A DNA stretch of 33,177 nucleotides from an uncultured Gammaproteobacteria bacterium. GTDB lineage: Bacteria > Patescibacteriota > Microgenomatia > UBA8517 > JACQJR01. Below the pieces are notes generated by a model that did not search any database, was not told the DNA's origin, and saw only the letters and a list, made by a program, of their open reading frames with translations. A program made the position numbers and the translations under genes. Location of the stretch: positions 5,693 to 38,869 of the forward strand of contig CAYIKF010000003.1 in the NCBI GenBank assembly GCA_964363945.1, written 5' to 3'. Numbering within the stretch: the first letter of the stretch is position 1; each line of letters begins with the position of its first letter. Of the stretch, positions 1-7,198 are shown piece after piece.

Positions 1-65
1 ACGAAACAACAAGGAGTCCCCCAACCAATAAAAAAATGGGCAGATATGACTTCATAAAAAAATGA

Positions 66-121
66 CCAAATTCCAAATCTCAAATCCCAGACAAATTCAA
101 AATTATAAATTCCAAATTCAA
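66..121. repeat. degenerate tandem heptamer array (CCAAATT/CCAAATC/TCAAATC ... AATTCAA/AATTATA/AATTCCA/AATTCAA), intergenic
   Basis: Read directly. Seven of the eight consecutive 7-nt windows, in one phase, are variants of the same unit. The array lies downstream of the glyQS stop. Confidence 0.6.
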
Positions 122-168
122 AAGTTTTGAGAATTCGAATTTAGAACATTTGATTAGGTTAATTCTCA

Positions 169-1578
169 CTAATAACCAAGCCTCTTGTCAATAACTGATT
201 TTAAATTGCTAATTTCAACTCTCTCCTGTTTCATTGTGTCCCTGTCGCGCACCGTTACGGTATCATCTTCCAGAGTTTGATAATCAATTGTTACACACCA
301 CGGTGTTCCAATCTCGTCTTGGGCATAGTAGCGTTTGCCGATATTGCCGCGGTCATCCCATGCCGTAGGCAGTTTAAGTCTAAGTACGAGATATATTTCT
401 TTTGCTTTTTTCACTAATTCCTCTTTATTTGCAACAAGAGGAAATACTGCAACTTTATACGGAGCAATATGTGGATTTAATTTTAACACCACTCGATCAT
501 CCTCTTCCTCGTAAGCGCTTAAAAGAATTGCTAAAAACGTTCTGTTAACTCCAAAGGTAGGTTCTACAACATGAGGGAAAAATTCTTCACCCGTATTTGG
601 ATCTTTATATTTTAGGTTTTGACCACTAAGCTTTTGGGTATTATTTAAATAATTCTCATGATTATGAAGATCATAATCTCCCCTATAAGCTAACCCATAC
701 AATTCTCCCCATCCGAAAGGAAAGTTGAATTCTACGTCTTCAGTCCTTTTTGAGTAATGAGATAATTCTTTTTGTTCATGTGGGCGCCATTTTAAATGAT
801 TATCATCTGTTTTTACACCTATATCCACTAACCACTTCCACATTTCTTTTTTCCACTCCTCAAACACTCTTTCCCAATCCCCTTGCCGGACAAAATACTC
901 AATTTCCATTTGTTCAAATTCCAAAGTCCTAAAAATAAAATTCCCCGGAGTTATTTCATTACGAAAAGCTTTACCTATTTGAGCAATACCGAATGGCAAC
1001 TCCGGCCTTTCTGTATTCAAAATATTCTTAAAATTCACGAACATACCTTGAGCAGTCTCTGGCCTAAGGTATGTCACGCTCGCTTTCTCCTCAGTGGGAC
1101 CAATAAAGGTTTTAAACATGAGATTAAACAATTTGCGTTCCGTCCATTTATGTTTACCGTCGGAAGATTTTTTACACACCTGTGATTCAATTAACGCTAT
1201 CTTTTGATCTTTATCTAAAGAAACTGTTGTAGTTAAGAAAGGTACAGTTTTAGATCTTACAGTGTTGATTGCCTGCAAATGATCTTCTCTAAACCTTAGG
1301 TGGCAATTTTTGCACTCAACAAGAGGATCGGTAAACGAAGCAACATGGCCTGAAGCTTCCCAAACTTTAGGATTCATTATTATTCCGGTGTCCACCGGAA
1401 AAATATTGTCTCTTTTTTCAACAAATCTCTCCCACCAAAGTTTTTTAATGTTTGACAGAACCAATGCGCCTAGAGGACCGTAATCCCATGTATTTGCCAA
1501 GCCTCCATAAATTTCACTCCCCGGATATACAAATCCACGCCTCTTACACAAGCTTACTATTTTCTCCATCGTGACCAT
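169..1578 (-). CDS. glyQS: glycine--tRNA ligase, single-chain class II (GlyQS type)
   Basis: 469-aa ORF. N-terminus KRRGFVYPGSEIYGGLANTWDYGPLG. Class II core blocks FNLMFKTFIGP, YLRPETAQG and GIAQIGKAFRNEITP. C-terminal anticodon-binding block IGKRYYAQDEIGTPWCVTID. Met4 (1569) is an alternative start. Confidence 0.93.
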   Translation of the reverse strand: MVTMEKIVSLCKRRGFVYPGSEIYGGLANTWDYGPLGALVLSNIKKLWWERFVEKRDNIFPVDTGIIMNPKVWEASGHVASFTDPLVECKNCHLRFREDHLQAINTVRSKTVPFLTTTVSLDKDQKIALIESQVCKKSSDGKHKWTERKLFNLMFKTFIGPTEEKASVTYLRPETAQGMFVNFKNILNTERPELPFGIAQIGKAFRNEITPGNFIFRTLEFEQMEIEYFVRQGDWERVFEEWKKEMWKWLVDIGVKTDDNHLKWRPHEQKELSHYSKRTEDVEFNFPFGWGELYGLAYRGDYDLHNHENYLNNTQKLSGQNLKYKDPNTGEEFFPHVVEPTFGVNRTFLAILLSAYEEEDDRVVLKLNPHIAPYKVAVFPLVANKEELVKKAKEIYLVLRLKLPTAWDDRGNIGKRYYAQDEIGTPWCVTIDYQTLEDDTVTVRDRDTMKQERVEISNLKSVIDKRLGY

Positions 1579-1645
1579 AGCTTAATGCTATCAAATAGAG
1601 GTGGATTATTCCAGAGGAAGTAAAATATGTAGAAGTTAGACAAAC

Positions 1646-2206
1646 TTAGGAAAGGGAGTGTAAAAATCTCTTTGTTTTTAATTTGCTCTGGGAAAGCTCT
1701 TCAATATAGTCATCAAGCTCTTTTTCCTCCTTACTTCTCCCTAAAAATCCAAGCTCGATCAAAACCTGGCGCTTAAATTCGGAAATAAAATTATGCAATT
1801 GCCAATAATTTATTCTGTGCAAGCGGAATAGTGCATCCTGAAGGAGCATATACACTCTTCTGTGCTCTTGGTTTTCTCGGGTCAATTTGCTGACAACCTC
1901 CGCAAAATGATAGGCAATACCAACTCGCAATAAGTTCCCTCTCCATGAATTAAAATTCTCTTTTATTTCTGTTTCTGTCACAATATCAAACGTTTTTCCT
2001 TTTACCAAAAAGAGTCGCACGCAGGCAAAAAGCTCTAAACTGCCTCGTTTTCTACTCGTTGGCCGCCGTACTCCTTTTGCGATCACTCGTAACTTTCCGT
2101 AATGCTTGGAGAAAACCGTAAGAAGCCTGTCCGCCTCCCCGATATTACGACGTGCCAAGATAATCGTCTCAGTCTTGTATGTTTTCTCTCTCATTGTTAT
2201 GGCCAA
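1646..2206 (-). CDS. recO: DNA repair protein RecO (short form)
   Basis: 186-aa ORF with a RecO-type N-terminal OB-fold region (TETIILARRNIGEADRLLTVFSKHYGKLRVIAKGVRRPTSRKRGSLELF). It is shorter than typical RecO. recO next to the glycyl-tRNA synthetase gene is a common bacterial synteny. Confidence 0.75.
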   Translation of the reverse strand: MAITMREKTYKTETIILARRNIGEADRLLTVFSKHYGKLRVIAKGVRRPTSRKRGSLELFACVRLFLVKGKTFDIVTETEIKENFNSWRGNLLRVGIAYHFAEVVSKLTRENQEHRRVYMLLQDALFRLHRINYWQLHNFISEFKRQVLIELGFLGRSKEEKELDDYIEELSQSKLKTKRFLHSLS

Positions 2207-2257
2207 TTTTTGGCGCGTTGCTAGCGGGCAGAAAAGGAGAAAAAAATATCCGTCTTA

Positions 2258-4276
2258 CTAATGAAAACGAAGTTGCCGGTCATTCTTCAGTTCAAACTCC
2301 TCACTGTCCTTTCCGACGGTAATGGTATAGCGTGATAGAGGTTTACCCGGTTGTTGTTGAATAAGGTATGTATAAGGATCCCCTCCCTTGGGCACTTCGT
2401 ACTCAAGCATCACTTTTACTACTCCTTCGGGTCGAAGTTCAAAGAATCCATTAAATACGGTTTTGCCGAGCTCTTCTGAAGTCTCCATATCTCCAGCACC
2501 AGAGGAGGAAATAAGTTTTGTTCCTTTTGGAACATACACACGTATAGAGTTAGGAAGCACCGAATTTAGCCATCCGTCATGTTTTTGTGGATTTTTATAG
2601 GTAATTTCAAGCTCATGTACGACTTTATCACCCTTCTTCACAACTTTGTCTACCACCTCTTGCTGAACATACAAATTGGCTTTGCGACCACCGATATTTG
2701 CATCAACAATTTGAAGATAATCTCCCTCCGTATCTTTCACTCTCCCTCCCACGTTAAATGTCTCTATTGCTTTCTGCGTATCCTCATCAAACATATAGAG
2801 CAGTACGTGTTTGTCCATTAAATTCGAAAGAACTACTTGGGCAAGGACAGGAACTTTTTCTTTTGGTTGCGCGAGGGAATTGGCAATAACGGAATTAACC
2901 AGTGGTCCAAGTATCGCTTTTCTATTATCAACAATTTCTCCATAAACAATTTTACCGGTGTTTGGATCCCACACAATCGGTTTCTCAACATCAGCATATG
3001 ACTCAAGCTCATAAATCACCAGAGGACAATCACAGCGAGGATCTTTTTCCGCTGAGAAATTCCCTTGTTCTGGCACGCCAATTCGGCCCGTCACCTCAAG
3101 GAGTGACACGAGTATATTAGTATCAACCGCAATGACTCCATCTACTTCCTTGAGCCCAGCTGTTTTTGCTTCCTCAAGAAATGAGCTTATTGCCATCTTA
3201 AAATCAGGCGACCAGTTCATATCCCGCAGCCGCCAATTAGGATTGGCACCGTAGGGCTGTTTAATATGTTCAAGGAAGGGTTTGGGTGCGGTGATATGGG
3301 CACGGTATCGCTTGTCAAGGTTGTAAATATCATCCGAGGTTACCGGCTGAATTTTGCCGCTTTTAACTTTCATTAAGGAATATCCAGTCATAAAACCGCC
3401 TGTCGGACGCAACTCTTTGTCATTTTGGAATATCACTAAGTAGGTGCGCTCCGCATCCATGCCGAGAAGGTAAGGAAGACGTTCCAAGAGTGGCTTACCA
3501 TCCACCAAAAGCGTCGCGCTATCCGCAATAAACGTTTGTAATGTGAGTACTGTTGAGCGTATTTGTTTCCCGCGAAATGTAGTGGGGTAGCGGGAAGCAT
3601 CAATAGTAGTAATGGCATCTCTAGCCGTAATAAGTTTTCCTTTTACCTCGTCAATTTTTGGCAAAACTGAGGGTAAAGAAGCAATAATAAAGTCAATGCG
3701 CTCCTCCGCTGTTTTTGCACCGTCCGCTTCACCAGCTGGCGGAGCAGCTCCTCCAAATCCTAGAATATCAGCGTATGGCTCAACTGCGGGAATAAGAATC
3801 TGTGCCGCCTCAATTCCCTCTCGTGCTGCGACAGTCGCTGCCTTGCTATCCGACCAATAGAAACCAACCCAGGGGAGAACTCTCACCCATACCAGCGGCG
3901 TCAAACTTCTCTCAAACCCAGTAAGATCACCGTCAAGCTGTGTTAAACCCTGCTTTATTAATCCTAAATCCTGTGCACGAAAACCATCCTGAACTTGTTT
4001 GACTGTTGATGAGAGTTTGCCCACCGCGCGTACCACACCAAACAGCGGGAGTATAACAAACAATATCAGGATGAGAACTATTGCACCTGAAGCGACCCAT
4101 ACTTTTTTGTTTTTACCAATGCCTAAAGTTCTGGCAAGAGCGCTGGTGGGCAGTTTCTTTCCAAGGGTTAGTTGGCGCAAAACAGGTTTGGGATTTTCTC
4201 CCGTAGAATTCTGTGTCTGGCTGACTTCTTCCTTTGCTAACAAATTTTCACCGATTATTTCTTCTTGTTTTTTCAT
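2258..4276 (-). CDS. DUF4012 domain membrane-anchored protein (envelope polysaccharide-associated, function unknown)
   Basis: 672-aa ORF with one N-terminal TM segment (VWVASGAIVLILILFVILPLFGV) and the characteristic DUF4012 block RTYLVIFQNDKELRPTGGFMTGYSL. It lies directly upstream of the priming sugar transferase. Confidence 0.8.
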   Translation of the reverse strand: MKKQEEIIGENLLAKEEVSQTQNSTGENPKPVLRQLTLGKKLPTSALARTLGIGKNKKVWVASGAIVLILILFVILPLFGVVRAVGKLSSTVKQVQDGFRAQDLGLIKQGLTQLDGDLTGFERSLTPLVWVRVLPWVGFYWSDSKAATVAAREGIEAAQILIPAVEPYADILGFGGAAPPAGEADGAKTAEERIDFIIASLPSVLPKIDEVKGKLITARDAITTIDASRYPTTFRGKQIRSTVLTLQTFIADSATLLVDGKPLLERLPYLLGMDAERTYLVIFQNDKELRPTGGFMTGYSLMKVKSGKIQPVTSDDIYNLDKRYRAHITAPKPFLEHIKQPYGANPNWRLRDMNWSPDFKMAISSFLEEAKTAGLKEVDGVIAVDTNILVSLLEVTGRIGVPEQGNFSAEKDPRCDCPLVIYELESYADVEKPIVWDPNTGKIVYGEIVDNRKAILGPLVNSVIANSLAQPKEKVPVLAQVVLSNLMDKHVLLYMFDEDTQKAIETFNVGGRVKDTEGDYLQIVDANIGGRKANLYVQQEVVDKVVKKGDKVVHELEITYKNPQKHDGWLNSVLPNSIRVYVPKGTKLISSSGAGDMETSEELGKTVFNGFFELRPEGVVKVMLEYEVPKGGDPYTYLIQQQPGKPLSRYTITVGKDSEEFELKNDRQLRFH

Positions 4277-4282
4277 ACTTTA

Positions 4283-4927
4283 TTACACTGCTCCTTTTCC
4301 GGTTATCATCACCCACGGGCTTTTAAATAAGATACTCAAGTCAAGTAATAGTGATTTGCGGCGAGCGTACTCCGCATCCAGCACAATCCGTTTCTCAAAA
4401 TTAATCTCTGAACGACCAGACACTTGCCAGAGCCCCGTGGCACCGGGCCGAACAGACAGTACCTCGCGAACTAACTCGTGCGTTCCTGAATAGCGCTTTT
4501 GTTGTTCTTTCAGCTCATCAGGGTAGTAAGGTCTCGGACCCACAATACTCATCTCACCCCGCAATACATTAAAAAGTTGCGGCAGCTCATCAAGAGAATG
4601 CCGACGGATAATTCGACCAACCGATGTAACTCTCGGATCTTCCCTCAATTTATACCCCGACTTTTTATACTCTTCATACAGTTTCCTAAATTTTGGGTCA
4701 TTCGTCAACAACTCATGCGCATTCGCAACCATTGAGCGAAACTTATACAAACGAAAAAGTTTTCCATTTTTACCCACCCTCATTGGTGTTTGAGCTAAAA
4801 TTGGACCAGGGGATGTAAGTTTTATTACAACGGCTACCACAGCCATAACCGGCAAAAAGATAATCCCTAAAGAAATAGCAAAAAAAATATCCATCGCTCG
4901 TTTAATGGTATCGTAATCAACTTTCAT
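4283..4927 (-). CDS. small polyprenyl-phosphate phosphoglycosyl transferase (bacterial sugar transferase family, PglC/WecP-like initiating enzyme)
   Basis: 214-aa ORF with an N-terminal re-entrant hydrophobic helix (DIFFAISLGIIFLPVMAVVAVVI). Conserved blocks are GKNGKLFRLYKFRSM, DELPQLFNVLRGEMSIVGPRP and RPGATGLWQVSGRS. Confidence 0.9.
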   Translation of the reverse strand: MKVDYDTIKRAMDIFFAISLGIIFLPVMAVVAVVIKLTSPGPILAQTPMRVGKNGKLFRLYKFRSMVANAHELLTNDPKFRKLYEEYKKSGYKLREDPRVTSVGRIIRRHSLDELPQLFNVLRGEMSIVGPRPYYPDELKEQQKRYSGTHELVREVLSVRPGATGLWQVSGRSEINFEKRIVLDAEYARRKSLLLDLSILFKSPWVMITGKGAV

Positions 4928-4953
4928 AATACTAACCTTTCACTATTTTTAAG

Positions 4954-4970
4954 TCCTCCGAGTCGGAGGA
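4954..4970. repeat. 17-nt perfect palindrome TCCTCCG-AGT-CGGAGGA flanked by TAAG direct repeats, intercistronic
   Basis: Read directly. A 7-bp GC-rich stem and 3-nt loop sit between the manC stop (4975) and the sugar transferase start (4927). TAAG occurs at 4950-4953 and 4971-4974. No U-tract follows on the coding strand. Confidence 0.85.
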
Positions 4971-4974
4971 TAAG

Positions 4975-6081
4975 TTACAGAAATTTATCTTTTTTTTCTT
5001 CCTTTAAGGTATTCACTAATTCTTTCACTAATTGTGCTTTGTTTTTATCGGCTACTAAAAGTGCATCGTGTGTTTCAATGATTATCAAATCCTTAACACC
5101 AATTGTTGCAATAAGAAGCTTTTCTGTTTGCACGAGCGTCTCGCTCGTCTCAATGCCAATCCAGTCGCCTTTTCTATTTAAGTGGATTATGGCATTACCA
5201 GTATTATCTTTGTGAGTTAATTGCCATACCACATCCCAGTCACCGACATCCACCCACTGAAAATCAGCTTTAATCGCCAAGAAATTTTTCTCCCGCTCAG
5301 AAACTGCGTAATCAATTGAGATATTGGGTGTATTTCGATACGCCTCCTCCATGACTTGATTACTCACTTTTCCACCCAAGAGTGCATCCTGAATTTTCTT
5401 AAGACCATGACCAATTTTAGGTGCATGGATATTTATCGACTTTAAAATACTATCCGCCCGCCATACATAAAGATTGCCGTTCCAGTAGTAATCACCCGAG
5501 TTTGTAAACCTACGAGCCAAACCAAGCGGAGGCTTTTCAATAAACTTTTCAACCTGAAAAACTACCCTATCATTTACCCTATGAACAATTTGCCCGACCT
5601 TTATATGACCCATCCCCGTATGGGGATATTCTGGTTTTATCCCAATAGCAACTAGAGAACGAGTTTGGAAAGCAGCCTCTGCTGCAACAAGAAAAGTATT
5701 AAGATATTTAGTGATTGGACGTATGACGTGGTCGGCAGATTCATTAAGAATTACTGCATCGGGATCTAGATTGTGAATATAAACGCTAGCCAAGCCATGG
5801 GCAATAGCGGTACCCCGCTTGGTTGGTTCAACTAAAATATTCTTACTCGGTAAATGACGTAATTCTTTTTCAATTTCATGAGCATAAAGGGGACTCGTTG
5901 TAACAACAAATATCCTCTCCCAGGGAACGATGCGGGAGAGACGTTCTGCGGTTACTTGAAGAAGGGTTTTTCTTCCAAAGAGCTTTAAAAATTGCTTTGG
6001 ATTTTTTTCGCGGGACAGTGGCCAAAGACGAGTCCCACCTCCTCCTGCTAAAATAGCTACCCATAAGTGGTCTTTATACAT
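4975..6081 (-). CDS. manC: mannose-1-phosphate guanylyltransferase (no C-terminal isomerase/cupin domain evident)
   Basis: 368-aa ORF. N-terminal nucleotidyltransferase signature AILAGGGGTRLWPLSREKNPKQFLKLFG and overall ManC/CpsB-like layout. Confidence 0.8.
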   Translation of the reverse strand: MYKDHLWVAILAGGGGTRLWPLSREKNPKQFLKLFGRKTLLQVTAERLSRIVPWERIFVVTTSPLYAHEIEKELRHLPSKNILVEPTKRGTAIAHGLASVYIHNLDPDAVILNESADHVIRPITKYLNTFLVAAEAAFQTRSLVAIGIKPEYPHTGMGHIKVGQIVHRVNDRVVFQVEKFIEKPPLGLARRFTNSGDYYWNGNLYVWRADSILKSINIHAPKIGHGLKKIQDALLGGKVSNQVMEEAYRNTPNISIDYAVSEREKNFLAIKADFQWVDVGDWDVVWQLTHKDNTGNAIIHLNRKGDWIGIETSETLVQTEKLLIATIGVKDLIIIETHDALLVADKNKAQLVKELVNTLKEEKKDKFL

Positions 6082-6083
6082 AT

Positions 6084-6111
6084 ACGATTTATGATTTACG
6101 ATTTAAGATTT
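6084..6111. repeat. tandem heptamer array A[C/T/A]GATTT x4 spanning a stop codon and an intercistronic junction
   Basis: ACGATTT ATGATTT ACGATTT AAGATTT. It encodes the last 7 codons (KILNRKS) plus the stop of the GT4 gene and runs into the 7-nt spacer before the manC start. Confidence 0.8.
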
Positions 6112-7198
6112 TTAGAAATTCCTTTTTGAACCTCTCTCTTGAGAATTTTTGTGCGTGTTTTTTTAAAATTTCAGGCTTGTACTTCGCTTTATTAAAGCTT
6201 TGTATCACCCGAGCCAACGCATCAGCATTTTGCTCCTCAAAAAACTCACCGGTTTCGCCCTCTATAACAGTTTCTGTTGCTCCGCCACTTTTATATGCAA
6301 TAACCGGTGTTCCCATTCTCTGTGCTTCAACTGTCACAATACCAAAATCTTCCTCTTGCGGGAAGATAAGGGCTGTTGCCTTTTCATAGTAGCGTGCGAG
6401 CTCCTCATCTGTCAAATGGCCAACAAAGGTAATAGTTGGCCCTGCCATACTTTTCAGTTTTCCTTCCTCTCTTCCAGTTCCAATGATAATAAGTGGAAGT
6501 TTTAATTGATTAAACGCCTCAATTGCCAAGTCAACTCGTTTGTAAGGTACTAGACGAGAAACAATGAGAAAATAGTTATTAGACTTTAGATTTTGGAGTT
6601 TAGTATTTAAATTTTTATCTCTAACATCTAAGGTCTTACGTCTAAAATCTAAACCAACTGGTGGATATATAACCTCTACCTCTCTCCCATAATATCTTTT
6701 TATCCTCTCCTTCACCGTCTCCGAAATTGCCACCATTACATCCGGTCGATGCGCCGCAATCTTATCCCATTTTCTTAAATAGGAAACTATAGGTTTTGTG
6801 AAAAACTTTGTTATGGGTTCTTTAAAGTATGCACCGTACCCACTCCACAAATACCGAGTCGGCGTTAAACAATAGCACAGGTGGAACGTTCCTGGTTTTG
6901 TAATTATCCCTTTTGCCGCCTCGCTCGTCACCGAAATCACCACATCATAGTTGTCAAAGTTTAAACTTTCAAATGCAAGAGGCATGAGAAGGGCATATAG
7001 TTCGTGAGTGGATGGTGCGTAAGGAAAATTTTGGAGGAATGAAGTTCTCACATCAAATACACGAGCCCATGGAGCAGTTCCAGGATTATAGACTGAGGTA
7101 TAAAGCGGAGCATTAGGAAACAACTCATGAAGTGCCAGTAGCACCCTCTCTGCCCCACCCCATTTATTCACTCTGTCATAAACTAGCGCTACACGCAT
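6089..7198 (-). CDS. GT4-family (GT-B fold) glycosyltransferase
   Basis: 369-aa ORF. C-terminal Rossmann domain with YFLIVSRLVPYKR ... IIGTGRE ... FPQEEDFGIVTVEAQRMGTPVIAYKSGGATETV (E-x7-E region). The stop abuts the start of manC. Confidence 0.85.
   Translation of the reverse strand: MRVALVYDRVNKWGGAERVLLALHELFPNAPLYTSVYNPGTAPWARVFDVRTSFLQNFPYAPSTHELYALLMPLAFESLNFDNYDVVISVTSEAAKGIITKPGTFHLCYCLTPTRYLWSGYGAYFKEPITKFFTKPIVSYLRKWDKIAAHRPDVMVAISETVKERIKRYYGREVEVIYPPVGLDFRRKTLDVRDKNLNTKLQNLKSNNYFLIVSRLVPYKRVDLAIEAFNQLKLPLIIIGTGREEGKLKSMAGPTITFVGHLTDEELARYYEKATALIFPQEEDFGIVTVEAQRMGTPVIAYKSGGATETVIEGETGEFFEEQNADALARVIQSFNKAKYKPEILKKHAQKFSRERFKKEFLKILNRKS
6574..6650. repeat. degenerate 7-nt periodic tract (six NNNNTTT-type units then five NNNNTCT units) with a 10-bp inverted repeat
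   Basis: AGTTATT AGACTTT AGATTTT GGAGTTT AGTATTT AAATTTT | TATCTCT AACATCT AAGGTCT TACGTCT AAAATCT. TTTAGATTTT (6585-6594) is the reverse complement of AAAATCTAAA (6644-6653). The tract encodes the linker LDVRDKNLNTKLQNLKSNN of the GT4. Confidence 0.6.

Noticed and set aside
113-142. Possible intrinsic terminator after glyQS (AAATTC...GAATTT and TCAAAA-G-TTTTGA palindromes).
   Set aside because: The stems are AT-only and short, the alternative pairings are mutually exclusive, and there is no clear U-tract. It is too weak to call and is better described as part of the degenerate repeat tract.
750-1185. Plus-strand ORFs (750..932, 883..1185) inside glyQS. The same kind of antisense ORFs occur across the window, for example 3999..4493 (164 aa), 9379..9807 (142 aa), 12262..12690 (142 aa), 16894..17346 (150 aa) and 26924..27307 (127 aa).
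   Set aside because: All lie antisense to ORFs with clear family signatures. They have low-complexity or odd composition and no recognisable motifs. They are shadow ORFs of the real minus-strand genes.
1579-1645. Possible T-box or other leader upstream of the glycyl-tRNA synthetase gene.
   Set aside because: The spacer is only 67 nt, far too short for a T-box riboswitch (about 200 nt or more), and I saw no specifier or T-box consensus.
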